Source: an uncultured delta proteobacterium (GTDB lineage Bacteria; Desulfobacterota; Binatia; Binatales; Binataceae). Taken from it: DNA of 64,000 nucleotides. The notes under the pieces are model-generated. The model worked only from the letters and a program-made list of their open reading frames with translations. It made no database searches and was not told where the DNA came from. The stretch covers positions 92,993 through 156,992 of the forward strand of contig CAWKKB010000011.1 in NCBI GenBank assembly GCA_963850125.1, written 5' to 3'. Shown here in pieces: positions 1 through 9,585 of this stretch. Both the position numbers and the translations under genes were made by a program. Within the stretch, counting starts at the first letter, position 1, and each line of letters starts with the position of its first letter.

Positions 1-1
1 T

Positions 2-1117
2 GCGAAGGTCCACTTCGAGGAGTTGGATGCTTCTGCCTGGTCGCGCGACGAGATGGAGCTTCGGTTGGCCGACGAGGCTCATCGTCCATTTGATCTCGAG
101 CGGGGTCCCTTGCTTCGTGTGAGCGTCTTCAAACGCTCCGCGCAGGAACACTATCTGTTGCTGGTCGTACATCACATCGTGATCGATTTCTGGTCGCTCG
201 CGATACTTCTGAATGAACTCGGCACGCTTTACCCGGCGGGAGCAGCCGGCCGGCGGGCGACGTTGCCACCGATCGGCTTACAATACAGCGACTACGTTCG
301 CTGGCAATCTGAAATGCTGGCTGGCGCGGAGGGTGAGCGCCTATGGGCCTACTGGCAAAAACAGCTGGCCGGGCAGTTGCCAGTGCTGGATCTGCCGACC
401 GATCGTCCGCGGCAGCCGATACAGACCCATCGCGGCGGGTCTCATGATTTCGTCCTGAACGACGAATTGAGCGGGCGGCTGAAGGCACTCGCGAAGACGC
501 AAGGTGCGACGCTCTATGTAGTCATGCTCGCGGCGTTCCAGGCGATGCTTCATTACCTGTCGGGACAGGACGACATGATAGTGGGCTCGCCAGTAGTAGG
601 CAGGAGTCGCGCCGAGTTTGAACCGATCGTCGGGCTTTTTACCAATCCGGTTTTCCTGCGAGTAAATCTCTCCGGGGATCGGACTTTCCAGGAGTTCGTA
701 AGCCATGTGCGCCAGACGGTGCTGGCCGCGCTCGAGCATCAGGACTTTCCTACGCTGCTGTTGGTCGAGCGACTGAAGCCTGCTCGCGACCTCAGCCGGC
801 CGCCGATTTGCCAGGTTATGTTTGTGCTGGACAAGCCCCACGGGCTTGCGGAGCAGGGCGCGCCCACCTTCGTCCATGGGGAAGCAGGGCCCACGATGAA
901 CTCCGGGGGCCTGGTACTCGAGTCCTTTCCGCTCGAGCATCGGTCCGCGTCGCTGGACCTGGTGTTGCTGGTAGTGGAATCGACGCAGTCGCTCTCGGGT
1001 TCGCTCAGATACAACGCCGAACTTTTCGATCACTCGAGCATCGTTCGAATTGGAAAATGCTTTGAGACTCTTCTTGAGCATGCAGTCGAACAACCGGATA
1101 TGAGGTTGAGCGCCCTG
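2..1117 (+). other. NRPS condensation domain 1 (N-terminally incomplete)
   Basis: HHIVIDFWS active-site motif at aa 49-57 of the listed ORF. Boundaries approximate. Confidence 0.8.
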
Positions 1118-4100
1118 GCGGAAGTACTTGCCGCTACAGATCGTGAAGAACGGTCGGCGGTCGACTTCAACCAGACTAATGCTCCTTATCCTGATGACGT
1201 TTGCATCCAGCGTTTGTTCGAAGAGCAGGTGGAACGTGCGCCAGACCGGGTTGCACTCACCTTCGAGAATCGGCATCTGACCTACGCGCGACTTAACTCC
1301 CGTGCAAATCAAGTTGCACACTACCTGCGCGCAAGAGGTGTGGGGCCGGAAGTACCGGTCGCGATTTGCATGGAGCGCTGTCTCGAGATGCTAGTCGCGC
1401 TGCTTGGCATCCTAAAAGCCGGCGGCGCCTACGTGCCGATAGATCCAGCCTACCCGAAGGAACGACTGGCTTTCGTACTGGAAGATGCCCGAGCGCGAGT
1501 GCTGTTGACGATGGAACCGCTGCGCGATCGCCTGCCGGAGCAAGCTGCGCGCCTGATATGTCTCGACACCGATTGGGAATCAATCGCCCGCGAGAGTTGT
1601 GACAACCCTCAGAGCCTGACCGGGGCCGGCAACCTGGCTTACCTGATTTACACCTCCGGTTCGACCGGTCAGCCCAAGGGCGTGATGGTCGAGCATCGCG
1701 GTCTCAGCAATACGATCCAGTGGCTATCGCAAACGCTGGCGATTACCGCCAACGATAGCACTCTGCTTAAAACACCGATCACCTTCGATGCCGCGGGGCG
1801 CGAGATCTTTCCGACCCTGTTGGCCGGCGCGCGTCTGATAATTGCGGAGCCAAATGCTCATCGTGATTCCCGCTACATAGCGGAAAGGATCCGCGACGAT
1901 GGTGTTTCCATTCTTCATTGCGTTCCATCGTTTCTGCGCCTTCTGGTAGAGGAGCCCGCGTTTGCCGACGCCGTCGCGTTACGCGCGGTCATGTGCGGCG
2001 GCGAAGCGCTGACACCCGATACTGTCGCTAAGTTCGGCCAGCATTCCAAGGCCAAGCTGTACAATGTCTACGGACCGACCGAAACGATCATCGATTCAGC
2101 ATATTGGCTATGCGACGGAAGCAACGGTGATTCGATAGTTCCTATAGGACGGCCGATACCGAACGCGCGCATGTACATTCTGGACGCTGCTCTTCGCCCC
2201 GTGCCAATTGGGATTAGCGGAGAGCTGTACATCGGCGGTGTAAGTCTTGCGCGCGGCTATCTAAACCTTCCGGGCTTAACGGCCGAGAAGTTCGTGCCTG
2301 ATCCGTTTGCCAGCGAGCCCGGTAAGCGGCTGTACAAGACGGGCGATCTCGCGCGCTATCTGCCGGACGGAAATATTCAGTATCTCGGCCGTGGAGATTA
2401 TCAGGTGAAGATTCGGGGCTTCCGAATAGAGCTAGGAGAAATCGAAGCTGCCTTGGCGGAGCATCCTTCTGTGGTTCAGGCAGTTGTCACAGCTCATGAA
2501 GGCGCGGCGGGCGAAAAGCGATTGGTCGCTTATGTGGTGCCTCAGCCGCGATGCGCTCCGACGACGATTATCGAACTCCGTACTTTTTTGAAGAACAAGC
2601 TACCTGAGCACATGGTACCCGCAAGTTTCGTGATGCTCGATAGCTTCCCGCTGTCTCCCAACGGAAAGGTGGATAGGCGCGCACTGCCATCGCCCGGCGA
2701 GACACGGCCCGAGTTGGATAAGGCATTCGTCGAGCCCCGCACTCCCACAGAAGAATTGCTCGCCGATATTTGGGCGCAAGTCCTGGGCGTCGAGCGCGTG
2801 GGTATCTATGACGACTTCTTCGACTTGGGAGGACACTCGTTGCTCGCCACTCAAGTCGTGTCTCGAATTCGTGAAACCTTTCAGGTGGAGATGCCGTTGC
2901 GCCGCCTGTTCGAGACTCCTACGGTGGCCGCCCTCGCCGAGAACCTTGAGCTATCGCGTCGCGACGGCGAGAGTCTTCAGTTGTCGCCGATACAGCCTGT
3001 TCCTCGCGATCGAGACCTACCCCTGTCGTTCGCGCAACAACGGCTATGGTTTATCGATCAACTTGATCCAGGAAACTCGGTTTACAATTTCCCGGTGGCG
3101 GTTCGCCTCAAGGGATCGTTAAACCTGGTTGCCCTCGAGCAGAGTCTCAACGAAATCGTGCGGCGCCACGAAGCTCTGCGAACGACATTCTCGATGGTCG
3201 ATGGACAACCAGCCCAGGTAATCGCGTCGAAACTCATGACCACGGTGCCGGTTGTGGACCTTCGGGCGCTGCCTGAAGTTCAGCGAGAGGCCGAGGTGCA
3301 GAGGCTGGTCGTTGAAGAAGCCCGGCGCCCGTTCGACCTGGCTCGCGGTCCACTCTTGCGAGCGCGAGTACTGCAGCTTGCTGAAGACGAGCAGGTCGGG
3401 CTCCTCACCATGCATCACATTGTCTCCGACGGCTGGTCGGCCGGAATACTGGTTCGCGAGATGGCAGCACTCTACCAGGCGTACTGCTGTGAAAGCCCGT
3501 CATCGCTACCTGAACTGCCCATCCAATACGCTGACTTTGCCTACTGGCAACGAGAGTGGCTGCAGGGCGCGGTGCTTCAAAGGCAGCTCGACTATTGGAA
3601 GAAACAGCTCGAGGGCAGTCCGCCGTTGCTGGAACTGCCCGAGGATCATCCCAGGCCGGCGGTGCAGTCTTTTCATGGTGGTCATCAGTCATTGCTGTTG
3701 CCCAAGTCTATCACCGCTGCGCTGAAAGCATTTAGCCGGGACGAAGCGGCGACGTTGTTCATGACGCTGTTGGCGGCCTTCAAAGTCCTGCTGAACTGCT
3801 ACACCAGGCAAGACGATCTGCTCGTAGGCACTCCGGTCGCCAACCGCAACCGACTCGAGATCGAAGGATTAATCGGATTTTTCGTCAACGCGCTCGTGTT
3901 GCGCACCGACCTTTCCGGCAATCCCACTTTCCGAGAACTCGTGCGTCGTGTGCGAAAGGTCTGTGTCGACGCGTACGCCCATCAGGATCTGCCGTTCGAG
4001 CGGCTCGTCGAGGAATTGCACATCGAGCGCGATCTCTCCCGCAATCCCCTATTTCAGGTGATGTTCGTTCTTCAGAATGCGCCATTGCATGCGGTGGAAC

Positions 4101-7057
4101 TACCGGGCCTGAGCTTGAATCCCGTGATTGCGGACGGTGGAACTACTCACTTCGACTTGACGCTACATATTGTCGATACCGATCAAGGTCTGATCGGAAC
4201 CGCGGCCTACAACACCGACCTGTTTGACGCCGACACGATAGCTCGCATGTTGGCCCACTTCCAAACCTTGCTCGAGGCCATAGTCAAAGATCCCGATCGA
4301 CACCTTTCCGAGTTGTCTCTATTAACTGATGATCAGCGTCAACAGGTGCTCCTGGGTTCAAATGACATCGATTGTGGCTATACCTCAGACTTAGGTATCC
4401 ATCAGCTGTTCGAAGCTCAGGTCGATCGAACGCCGGATGCAATCGCACTGGTGTTCGAAGCTCAGCGGCTGACCTATCGAGAGCTGAACGCACGCGCCAA
4501 TCGACTTGCCCATAGCCTGCGGAAGTCAGGCGTGGGACCGGAAGTACCGGTTGGAGTTTGCCTCGAGCGATCGCTGGAGGTGGTGATCAGCCTGTTGGGC
4601 GTGCTGAAGGCAGGTGGTGTTTACCTTCCGTTGGATCCGGCGTATCCAAAGCAACGCATCGGCTTCATGTTGGAAGATTCGAATGCTCGGGTGCTGGTGA
4701 CCCAAAACGGCCTGGTTCAAGGATTGCCGGAACATCGCGCACGTGTGATCTGTCTTGATTCTGACGGCGAAGCGATCGCGCGGGAAAGTGCCGCAAACCC
4801 GGCTAGCACGACCCGGCCTCAGAACCTCGCTTATATAATCTACACCTCGGGATCTACCGGTCAGCCGAAAGGAGTTCTCGTTTCTCATGGCTCGATCGCC
4901 GAACACTGCCGGGATGCTGAAAGGTACTACGAACTGCAGCCCACCGATCGCGTTTTGCAGTTCGCGTCAATGAGTTTCGATTTGTCGTTGGAACAGATAC
5001 TGCCCACCCTCATCGCCGGCGCGCGCCTGGTTGTAGTGGGAACGGAGGTTTGGCGAGCGGCAGAATTTCATAGCAAAGCGGCAGAATTCGGACTAACCGT
5101 AGTCGATCTTCCTACGGCATATTGGCAGGAACTTGTCCAGGAGTGGGCAGCCGGGCCGGATCAGATCTTGAGTACCCAGTACCGGCTTTTCCTCGTCGGT
5201 GGAGATACGATGTTGCCGGAAGTTCTCAATCTCTGGCAGCAAACCCCGCTAAGGTCGGTTCGTCTAATCAATGCCTATGGACCTACCGAAGCGACCATAA
5301 CCGCAACCGCATTCGAGACCGCGCCGCACGGTGGAGAGACTTCGACACTGCATCGAGTCCCTATAGGTCGTCGTCTAGCCAACCGGGAGATCTACATCCT
5401 GGATAGGAATCGTAGTCCAGTCCCGATTGGAGTTCCGGGCGAGTTGCACATTGGGGGCAGGAGTTTGGCGCGAGGATATCTGAACCGGCCAGATCTGACC
5501 GCTGAGAAGTTTATTCCAGATCCCTTCAGCAACGTGGCAGGTGCGCGAATGTACGCGACTGGCGACCTCGCGCGCCATCTACCCGACGGTAACATCGAGT
5601 ATATCGGCCGTACCGACCATCAGGTGAAGATTCGTGGATTCAGAATCGAGCTCGGAGAAATCGAGGCGGTCATGGCGCAACATCCTTGCGTGCGTCAAGT
5701 GGTTGTGTCGACTCATCAGGACGTTCGAGGAGAGAAACGCCTGGTAGCCTACGTGGTAGGTGATCGCGAGCATGCGCCCACGGTTAGCGACCTGCGTAGT
5801 TTTCTGAAAGACAAGGTGCCTGAATACATGGTGCCCTCGGTCTTTATGCTGCTTGATTTCCTTCCTACCATGCCGAATGGAAAAGCGGACCGCAGCGCGC
5901 TGCCAACACCAGACCAAACGCGGCCCGAAATGCAGAGGACATTTGTGGGACCGCGGGATGATTTGGAGCTCCAACTAACCGGTCTTTGGGAAGAGGTTCT
6001 GAACGTTCGACCGATCGGAGTGACAGACAATTTCTTTGAGCTCGGAGGACACTCTCTGCTGGCTGTGCGTTTGTTCGCCCTGATCGAGAAGCGGCTGGGC
6101 AAGAAAGTCCCATTGTCCGCTCTTTTTCGAGGAGCAACCGTCGAGAGCCTGGCTGAGATCATTCGCCAGAATTCTTTTTCAGCGACACTATCATCGCTGG
6201 TACCTATCCAACCCAACGGTAACAAGCGACCACTCTTCCTCGTGCATCCGGCTGGAGGACACGTGTTTCCGTTTGTCGGTCTCGCGCAATGCCTGGGTCT
6301 CGATCAACCATGTTATGGGTTGCAAGCCAGAGGCGTGGAAGAAGGGCAAGCACCGCACACCCGAATCGAAGACATGGCCGCCTGTTACATTGAAGCTATT
6401 CGGTCCGTGCAGTCAGAAGGCCCCTATCTGTTAGGCGGTTGGTCGATGGGTGGCGAGATAGCTTTTGAGATGGCTCAGCAGCTCCATTCACGGGGCCAGA
6501 GTGTTGCGTTGTTAGCCTTACTCGATGCTCGCATTCCGTCTACCGCTGAGAATCTTGCGGATGAAGACTTCGAAGCGACGCTGATGGCCGATGTTGTCCG
6601 CTATTTCGGTCTTTCTACCGAATTCAGTGAGTCCCTTGCGCTCCTATCGCACGACGAACTCCTCGCGCGAGTGTTGGAGCAGGGGAAGAAAGCCGGCTTG
6701 ATCCCTGCCGACATTGAAGCTTCTCAAGCGCATCGCCTGATCGAGCTCTGCAAATCGGATTTTCGAGCCAGTCGGAACTACGTGCTGCATCGCTATCCCG
6801 GCCGAGTGACCCTGTTCAAGGCTAATGATGATCTCTCTGGAAATCTTCTCGATGCGACCCTTGGATGGGGTGATTGGGCTGACGGTGGCGTGGACGTTCA
6901 GATCGTTCCGGGCAATCACGCGACCATGGTCTACAAACCGAACGTTGAAACTCTCGCGGAGAGGCTGGCGGCATGCATAGACCGGGCGCAACAGGATCTC
7001 GAATTTCTAGTCGATAGGATTGAGCCATCGAACGAAAAGAGGAAGGACTCTCAATGA
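2..7057 (+). CDS. Non-ribosomal peptide synthetase, 5' end cut by window edge; visible domains C-A-T-C-A-T-TE
   Basis: Frame is open from nt 2 (AKVHFEEL precedes the listed TTG at 23), so the gene continues upstream. C-domain HHxxxD motifs HHIVIDFWS and HHIVSDGWS. A-domain cores LAYLIYTSGSTGQPKGV / LAYIIYTSGSTGQPKGV, NVYGPTE / NAYGPTE, GELYIGG / GELHIGG, YKTGDLAR / YATGDLAR, PNGKVDR / PNGKADR. Carrier motifs FFDLGGHSL and FFELGGHSL. Thioesterase GGWSMGG. Confidence 0.95.
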   Translation, partial: AKVHFEELDASAWSRDEMELRLADEAHRPFDLERGPLLRVSVFKRSAQEHYLLLVVHHIVIDFWSLAILLNELGTLYPAGAAGRRATLPPIGLQYSDYVRWQSEMLAGAEGERLWAYWQKQLAGQLPVLDLPTDRPRQPIQTHRGGSHDFVLNDELSGRLKALAKTQGATLYVVMLAAFQAMLHYLSGQDDMIVGSPVVGRSRAEFEPIVGLFTNPVFLRVNLSGDRTFQEFVSHVRQTVLAALEHQDFPTLLLVERLKPARDLSRPPICQVMFVLDKPHGLAEQGAPTFVHGEAGPTMNSGGLVLESFPLEHRSASLDLVLLVVESTQSLSGSLRYNAELFDHSSIVRIGKCFETLLEHAVEQPDMRLSALAEVLAATDREERSAVDFNQTNAPYPDDVCIQRLFEEQVERAPDRVALTFENRHLTYARLNSRANQVAHYLRARGVGPEVPVAICMERCLEMLVALLGILKAGGAYVPIDPAYPKERLAFVLEDARARVLLTMEPLRDRLPEQAARLICLDTDWESIARESCDNPQSLTGAGNLAYLIYTSGSTGQPKGVMVEHRGLSNTIQWLSQTLAITANDSTLLKTPITFDAAGREIFPTLLAGARLIIAEPNAHRDSRYIAERIRDDGVSILHCVPSFLRLLVEEPAFADAVALRAVMCGGEALTPDTVAKFGQHSKAKLYNVYGPTETIIDSAYWLCDGSNGDSIVPIGRPIPNARMYILDAALRPVPIGISGELYIGGVSLARGYLNLPGLTAEKFVPDPFASEPGKRLYKTGDLARYLPDGNIQYLGRGDYQVKIRGFRIELGEIEAALAEHPSVVQAVVTAHEGAAGEKRLVAYVVPQPRCAPTTIIELRTFLKNKLPEHMVPASFVMLDSFPLSPNGKVDRRALPSPGETRPELDKAFVEPRTPTEELLADIWAQVLGVERVGIYDDFFDLGGHSLLATQVVSRIRETFQVEMPLRRLFETPTVAALAENLELSRRDGESLQLSPIQPVPRDRDLPLSFAQQRLWFIDQLDPGNSVYNFPVAVRLKGSLNLVALEQSLNEIVRRHEALRTTFSMVDGQPAQVIASKLMTTVPVVDLRALPEVQREAEVQRLVVEEARRPFDLARGPLLRARVLQLAEDEQVGLLTMHHIVSDGWSAGILVREMAALYQAYCCESPSSLPELPIQYADFAYWQREWLQGAVLQRQLDYWKKQLEGSPPLLELPEDHPRPAVQSFHGGHQSLLLPKSITAALKAFSRDEAATLFMTLLAAFKVLLNCYTRQDDLLVGTPVANRNRLEIEGLIGFFVNALVLRTDLSGNPTFRELVRRVRKVCVDAYAHQDLPFERLVEELHIERDLSRNPLFQVMFVLQNAPLHAVELPGLSLNPVIADGGTTHFDLTLHIVDTDQGLIGTAAYNTDLFDADTIARMLAHFQTLLEAIVKDPDRHLSELSLLTDDQRQQVLLGSNDIDCGYTSDLGIHQLFEAQVDRTPDAIALVFEAQRLTYRELNARANRLAHSLRKSGVGPEVPVGVCLERSLEVVISLLGVLKAGGVYLPLDPAYPKQRIGFMLEDSNARVLVTQNGLVQGLPEHRARVICLDSDGEAIARESAANPASTTRPQNLAYIIYTSGSTGQPKGVLVSHGSIAEHCRDAERYYELQPTDRVLQFASMSFDLSLEQILPTLIAGARLVVVGTEVWRAAEFHSKAAEFGLTVVDLPTAYWQELVQEWAAGPDQILSTQYRLFLVGGDTMLPEVLNLWQQTPLRSVRLINAYGPTEATITATAFETAPHGGETSTLHRVPIGRRLANREIYILDRNRSPVPIGVPGELHIGGRSLARGYLNRPDLTAEKFIPDPFSNVAGARMYATGDLARHLPDGNIEYIGRTDHQVKIRGFRIELGEIEAVMAQHPCVRQVVVSTHQDVRGEKRLVAYVVGDREHAPTVSDLRSFLKDKVPEYMVPSVFMLLDFLPTMPNGKADRSALPTPDQTRPEMQRTFVGPRDDLELQLTGLWEEVLNVRPIGVTDNFFELGGHSLLAVRLFALIEKRLGKKVPLSALFRGATVESLAEIIRQNSFSATLSSLVPIQPNGNKRPLFLVHPAGGHVFPFVGLAQCLGLDQPCYGLQARGVEEGQAPHTRIEDMAACYIEAIRSVQSEGPYLLGGWSMGGEIAFEMAQQLHSRGQSVALLALLDARIPSTAENLADEDFEATLMADVVRYFGLSTEFSESLALLSHDELLARVLEQGKKAGLIPADIEASQAHRLIELCKSDFRASRNYVLHRYPGRVTLFKANDDLSGNLLDATLGWGDWADGGVDVQIVPGNHATMVYKPNVETLAERLAACIDRAQQDLEFLVDRIEPSNEKRKDSQ
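1205..2707 (+). other. NRPS adenylation domain 1
   Basis: A3 LAYLIYTSGSTGQPKGV, A4 region FDAAGRE, A5 NVYGPTE, A7 YKTGDLAR, A8 GRGDYQVKIRGFRIELGEIE, A10 PNGKVDR. Boundaries approximate. Confidence 0.85.
2735..2947 (+). other. Peptidyl carrier (T) domain 1
   Basis: DFFDLGGHSL; phosphopantetheinyl Ser codon at about nt 2837. Boundaries approximate. Confidence 0.85.
3005..4312 (+). other. NRPS condensation domain 2
   Basis: C1-like LSFAQQRLWF, HHxxxD as MHHIVSDGWS. Boundaries approximate. Confidence 0.85.
4385..5917 (+). other. NRPS adenylation domain 2
   Basis: LAYIIYTSGSTGQPKGV, A4 region FDLSLEQ, NAYGPTE, YATGDLAR, GRTDHQVKIRGFRIELGEIE, PNGKADR. Boundaries approximate. Confidence 0.85.
5945..6157 (+). 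other. Peptidyl carrier (T) domain 2
   Basis: NFFELGGHSL; Ser codon at about nt 6053. Boundaries approximate. Confidence 0.85.
6215..6982 (+). other. Terminal type I thioesterase domain
   Basis: LFLVHPAGG, nucleophile elbow GGWSMGG (Ser codon at about nt 6443), C-terminal PGNHATM. Boundaries approximate. Confidence 0.8.
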
Positions 7058-7332
7058 ACAAGGACGATACCGAAGATACAGAATATAGAGTCGTGGTGAA
7101 CGACGAGGGACAGTACTCGATTTTGCCTGCGGATCGCCCGAATCCTGTCGGCTGGCGCGATGCAGTCAAGACTGGATCCAGGTCGGAATGCCTGACTTAC
7201 ATTAAAGAAGTGTGGACCGATATGAGACCGCTTAGCCTGCGGAAAAAGATGGAAGACTCCGCAAGCGTACCTGAGTTGTCAGGCGTCCATTTGAACGGGA
7301 ATCGTCTGAAGGCGATCGAGAAGAAATCCTGA
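7054..7332 (+). CDS. MbtH-like protein
   Basis: 92 aa. YRVVVNDEGQYSILPADRPNPVGW...EVWTDMRPLSL matches the MbtH signature with its conserved Trp residues. ATG overlaps the NRPS stop (ATGA, 7054-7057). Confidence 0.9.
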   Translation: MNKDDTEDTEYRVVVNDEGQYSILPADRPNPVGWRDAVKTGSRSECLTYIKEVWTDMRPLSLRKKMEDSASVPELSGVHLNGNRLKAIEKKS

Positions 7333-7346
7333 CCTCTCTCTCCACA

Positions 7347-8078
7347 TTGGATTCGTGGATCGCGGGCGGCAAGCCGAATCCGCAGGCGCGTTTGCGTCTG
7401 TTCTGTTTTCCGTATGCCGGCGGTGCAGCATCGGTGTTCAGCAATTGGTCGAACGGCCTGCCGGCCGATGTCGAGGTATGTCCGGTTCAGCTCCCCGGGC
7501 GCGGAACTCGATTGATGGAACCACCGTTCAGCCAGCTTTCGCTTCTGGTTGAGGCGCTGGCCGACGCGCTACTTCCGCTGCTCGACAAACCCTTCGCCTT
7601 GTTCGGTCATAGCCTTGGATCCTTGGTGAGCTTTGAACTCGCCCGCCAACTCCGCGCAAAGCATCAGGCACGTCCCGTGCGCTTGTTCGTATCGGCAGGA
7701 CCCGCGCCTCAGATTCCTCATCGAGGTCCGCCGATCCATACCTTGCCTGAGAAAGAATTTGCGGCGGAACTTCGTCGATTGGATGGAACTCCGGGAGAGC
7801 TGCTCAATCAGAAGGAGCTTATGAATATCGTGCTTCCGTCACTGCGGGCGGATTTCGCGCTGTACGAAAGCTACCAATATTCGTCGGGGGCTCCATTAAA
7901 CTGCCCGATTTCGACTTTCGGTGGTTTGAGCGACCACAAAGTCAGTCATAGCGATCTTGAAGCTTGGCGCGACCAGACGGCGGCTTCCTTTTCGATCCGG
8001 ATGTTCCCCGGGGACCATTTCTTCCTGAAAACGACTCAGTCGCAGCTTCTTCGGGCTCTTTCGCGGGAACTGCGATGA
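7347..8078 (+). CDS. Type II (editing) thioesterase
   Basis: 243 aa with LFCFPYAGGAASVF, GHSLGS nucleophile elbow and PGDHFF near the C-terminus. TTG start 14 nt after the MbtH stop. Confidence 0.85.
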   Translation: MDSWIAGGKPNPQARLRLFCFPYAGGAASVFSNWSNGLPADVEVCPVQLPGRGTRLMEPPFSQLSLLVEALADALLPLLDKPFALFGHSLGSLVSFELARQLRAKHQARPVRLFVSAGPAPQIPHRGPPIHTLPEKEFAAELRRLDGTPGELLNQKELMNIVLPSLRADFALYESYQYSSGAPLNCPISTFGGLSDHKVSHSDLEAWRDQTAASFSIRMFPGDHFFLKTTQSQLLRALSRELR

Positions 8079-8367
8079 AGAGTGAGAGTCCTTGCGCTCC
8101 CGCTACCTAACTAGATGGATTTGCTCGCCGCCTCGTAAGGGCATAGGGTGAGTTCACCTCCCGAGAGTTTGCCTATATATACAATCTCTGCCCGAGGAAG
8201 AGCTGCAGTTTTCACGCGGTATGCGTGCCGAGCGTCTGCGCCTGAGCAGGGTCCGGTATGCTTGAACCATTGCGCCGGCGGGTATCGTCGTCCTGGTTTA
8301 GGAGCCACAAATTTTTGGAACAAACACTTCATCGATTCGAGTTTGGATTCTGATTGCTTCGCTGACG

Positions 8368-9267
8368 GTGTTCGCGGCGGGTTTGGCTCACCCGGCTGCT
8401 GTGTGCCGCGCGGACGTGGTCCTGACGCCGAGCACAGAGTCGAATGCAGGTGACGCGGTGGATGCGTGGCTGGTGACCCGCGGTCTGATCGGTAATTCAA
8501 TGATAAGCGAACAATCCGGCGCAGATATTATGACGCCGCCACCCGGCACCGAGGTTGACGAAACCCGGCAAACCGCGAACCTTACGGGCGAGGTCCTGAA
8601 CCAGGTCAAGTCCTGGAACGAAACAAAGAACGACGACACGATCCACATCGAGGTGACCACGCTATCGATTCATCAGTTCGAAATCGCCTTCTGGCTGTTT
8701 CCCAATCATCGGAAGGGTTGCACAATGTATAAGTGGACGCTGTACGATCATGGCCGTGCGCTGCAGAGTGCGTTCTGGCGTAACGATGCGGCGGTGATGC
8801 GTCTTGCAGGAGCGGCGGATCTGCCCCATGATTTGTATCCCGACTCGGTTCCGTGGGTGGCGTTTCTACGCGTGCTCAGTGCGCCGCGCGACGGTGCCGA
8901 AGGTATGATTCATCAGCAGATCACGCCTTACAGCTATGTCGGTCAGGAGGTTTGGGCCGCAGGCTCCGAACAGGTCAGCGTGCCGGCCGGTACATTCTCC
9001 GCGTTAAAGGTAAGCGCGAAGGTCGACATCACGACGATAATGCCGAACTGGCCACGCTTTGTCCTGCAAGTCATCAAGCCGGTGATTCCCAAAAACACGC
9101 TCTACTTCGAGGCGGCGCCTCCCTATCGGCTCCTCAAGCAGGAGGGCACCACCTTTGTCGGAGGTCCTGAGGTCACGACGGAGCTTGTCCGTTTCTACAC
9201 CGCTGGAGCGCAGCCGGTTTCGCCGGTCGCCTCCGCACCTGCGGAACGGCTGGTAGCCAGGCCTTAG
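8368..9267 (+). CDS. Hypothetical protein, possibly secreted; start uncertain
   Basis: 299-aa ORF with GTG start. The frame is open from 8302 and encodes a hydrophobic signal-like stretch (RVWILIASLTVFAAGLAHPAAVCRA), but there is no ATG/GTG/TTG upstream of 8368. No family recognised. Confidence 0.55.
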   Translation: MFAAGLAHPAAVCRADVVLTPSTESNAGDAVDAWLVTRGLIGNSMISEQSGADIMTPPPGTEVDETRQTANLTGEVLNQVKSWNETKNDDTIHIEVTTLSIHQFEIAFWLFPNHRKGCTMYKWTLYDHGRALQSAFWRNDAAVMRLAGAADLPHDLYPDSVPWVAFLRVLSAPRDGAEGMIHQQITPYSYVGQEVWAAGSEQVSVPAGTFSALKVSAKVDITTIMPNWPRFVLQVIKPVIPKNTLYFEAAPPYRLLKQEGTTFVGGPEVTTELVRFYTAGAQPVSPVASAPAERLVARP

Positions 9268-9585
9268 CGGTCATCAATACTTCCGCAGCACGGATTTCTC
9301 GCCCGATCCGCTCCCTCGTGTAATAGCCGTCAGAAAAAGCCGGGAATTTTCAGATCGCTGAAATCCTTCAGGCCCGCGTTTAACTCGCGGGATCGTTACC
9401 TATTTCACTTTTCCCACGACTTTTGAGGGTACGACCCAATCACAATAAAACTCTGACCAATTGCATTCAGGAGCCGAGCCTGTCAATAAGGTAGGGCGTA
9501 GTTAGCACTCAACTGCACGAATAAAGACAAAACATGTTCCCAGGGAGACCAAAAGTCGGCCCATTGTAGGGCTGCCTTTCCCGCA

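Noticed and set aside
341-1321. 326-aa minus-strand ORF, plus many shorter ORFs on both strands, inside the NRPS gene (129-7169)
   Set aside because: They lie wholly inside a gene with unambiguous NRPS motifs and have Arg/Pro/Gly-rich composition with no recognisable motifs. These are typical shadow ORFs of high-GC DNA.
8111-8500. 129-aa minus-strand ORF in the TEII/hypothetical intergenic region
   Set aside because: Pro/Arg/Ser-rich, no RBS noted, overlaps the 5' end of the plus-strand 8368-9267 ORF. Judged spurious.
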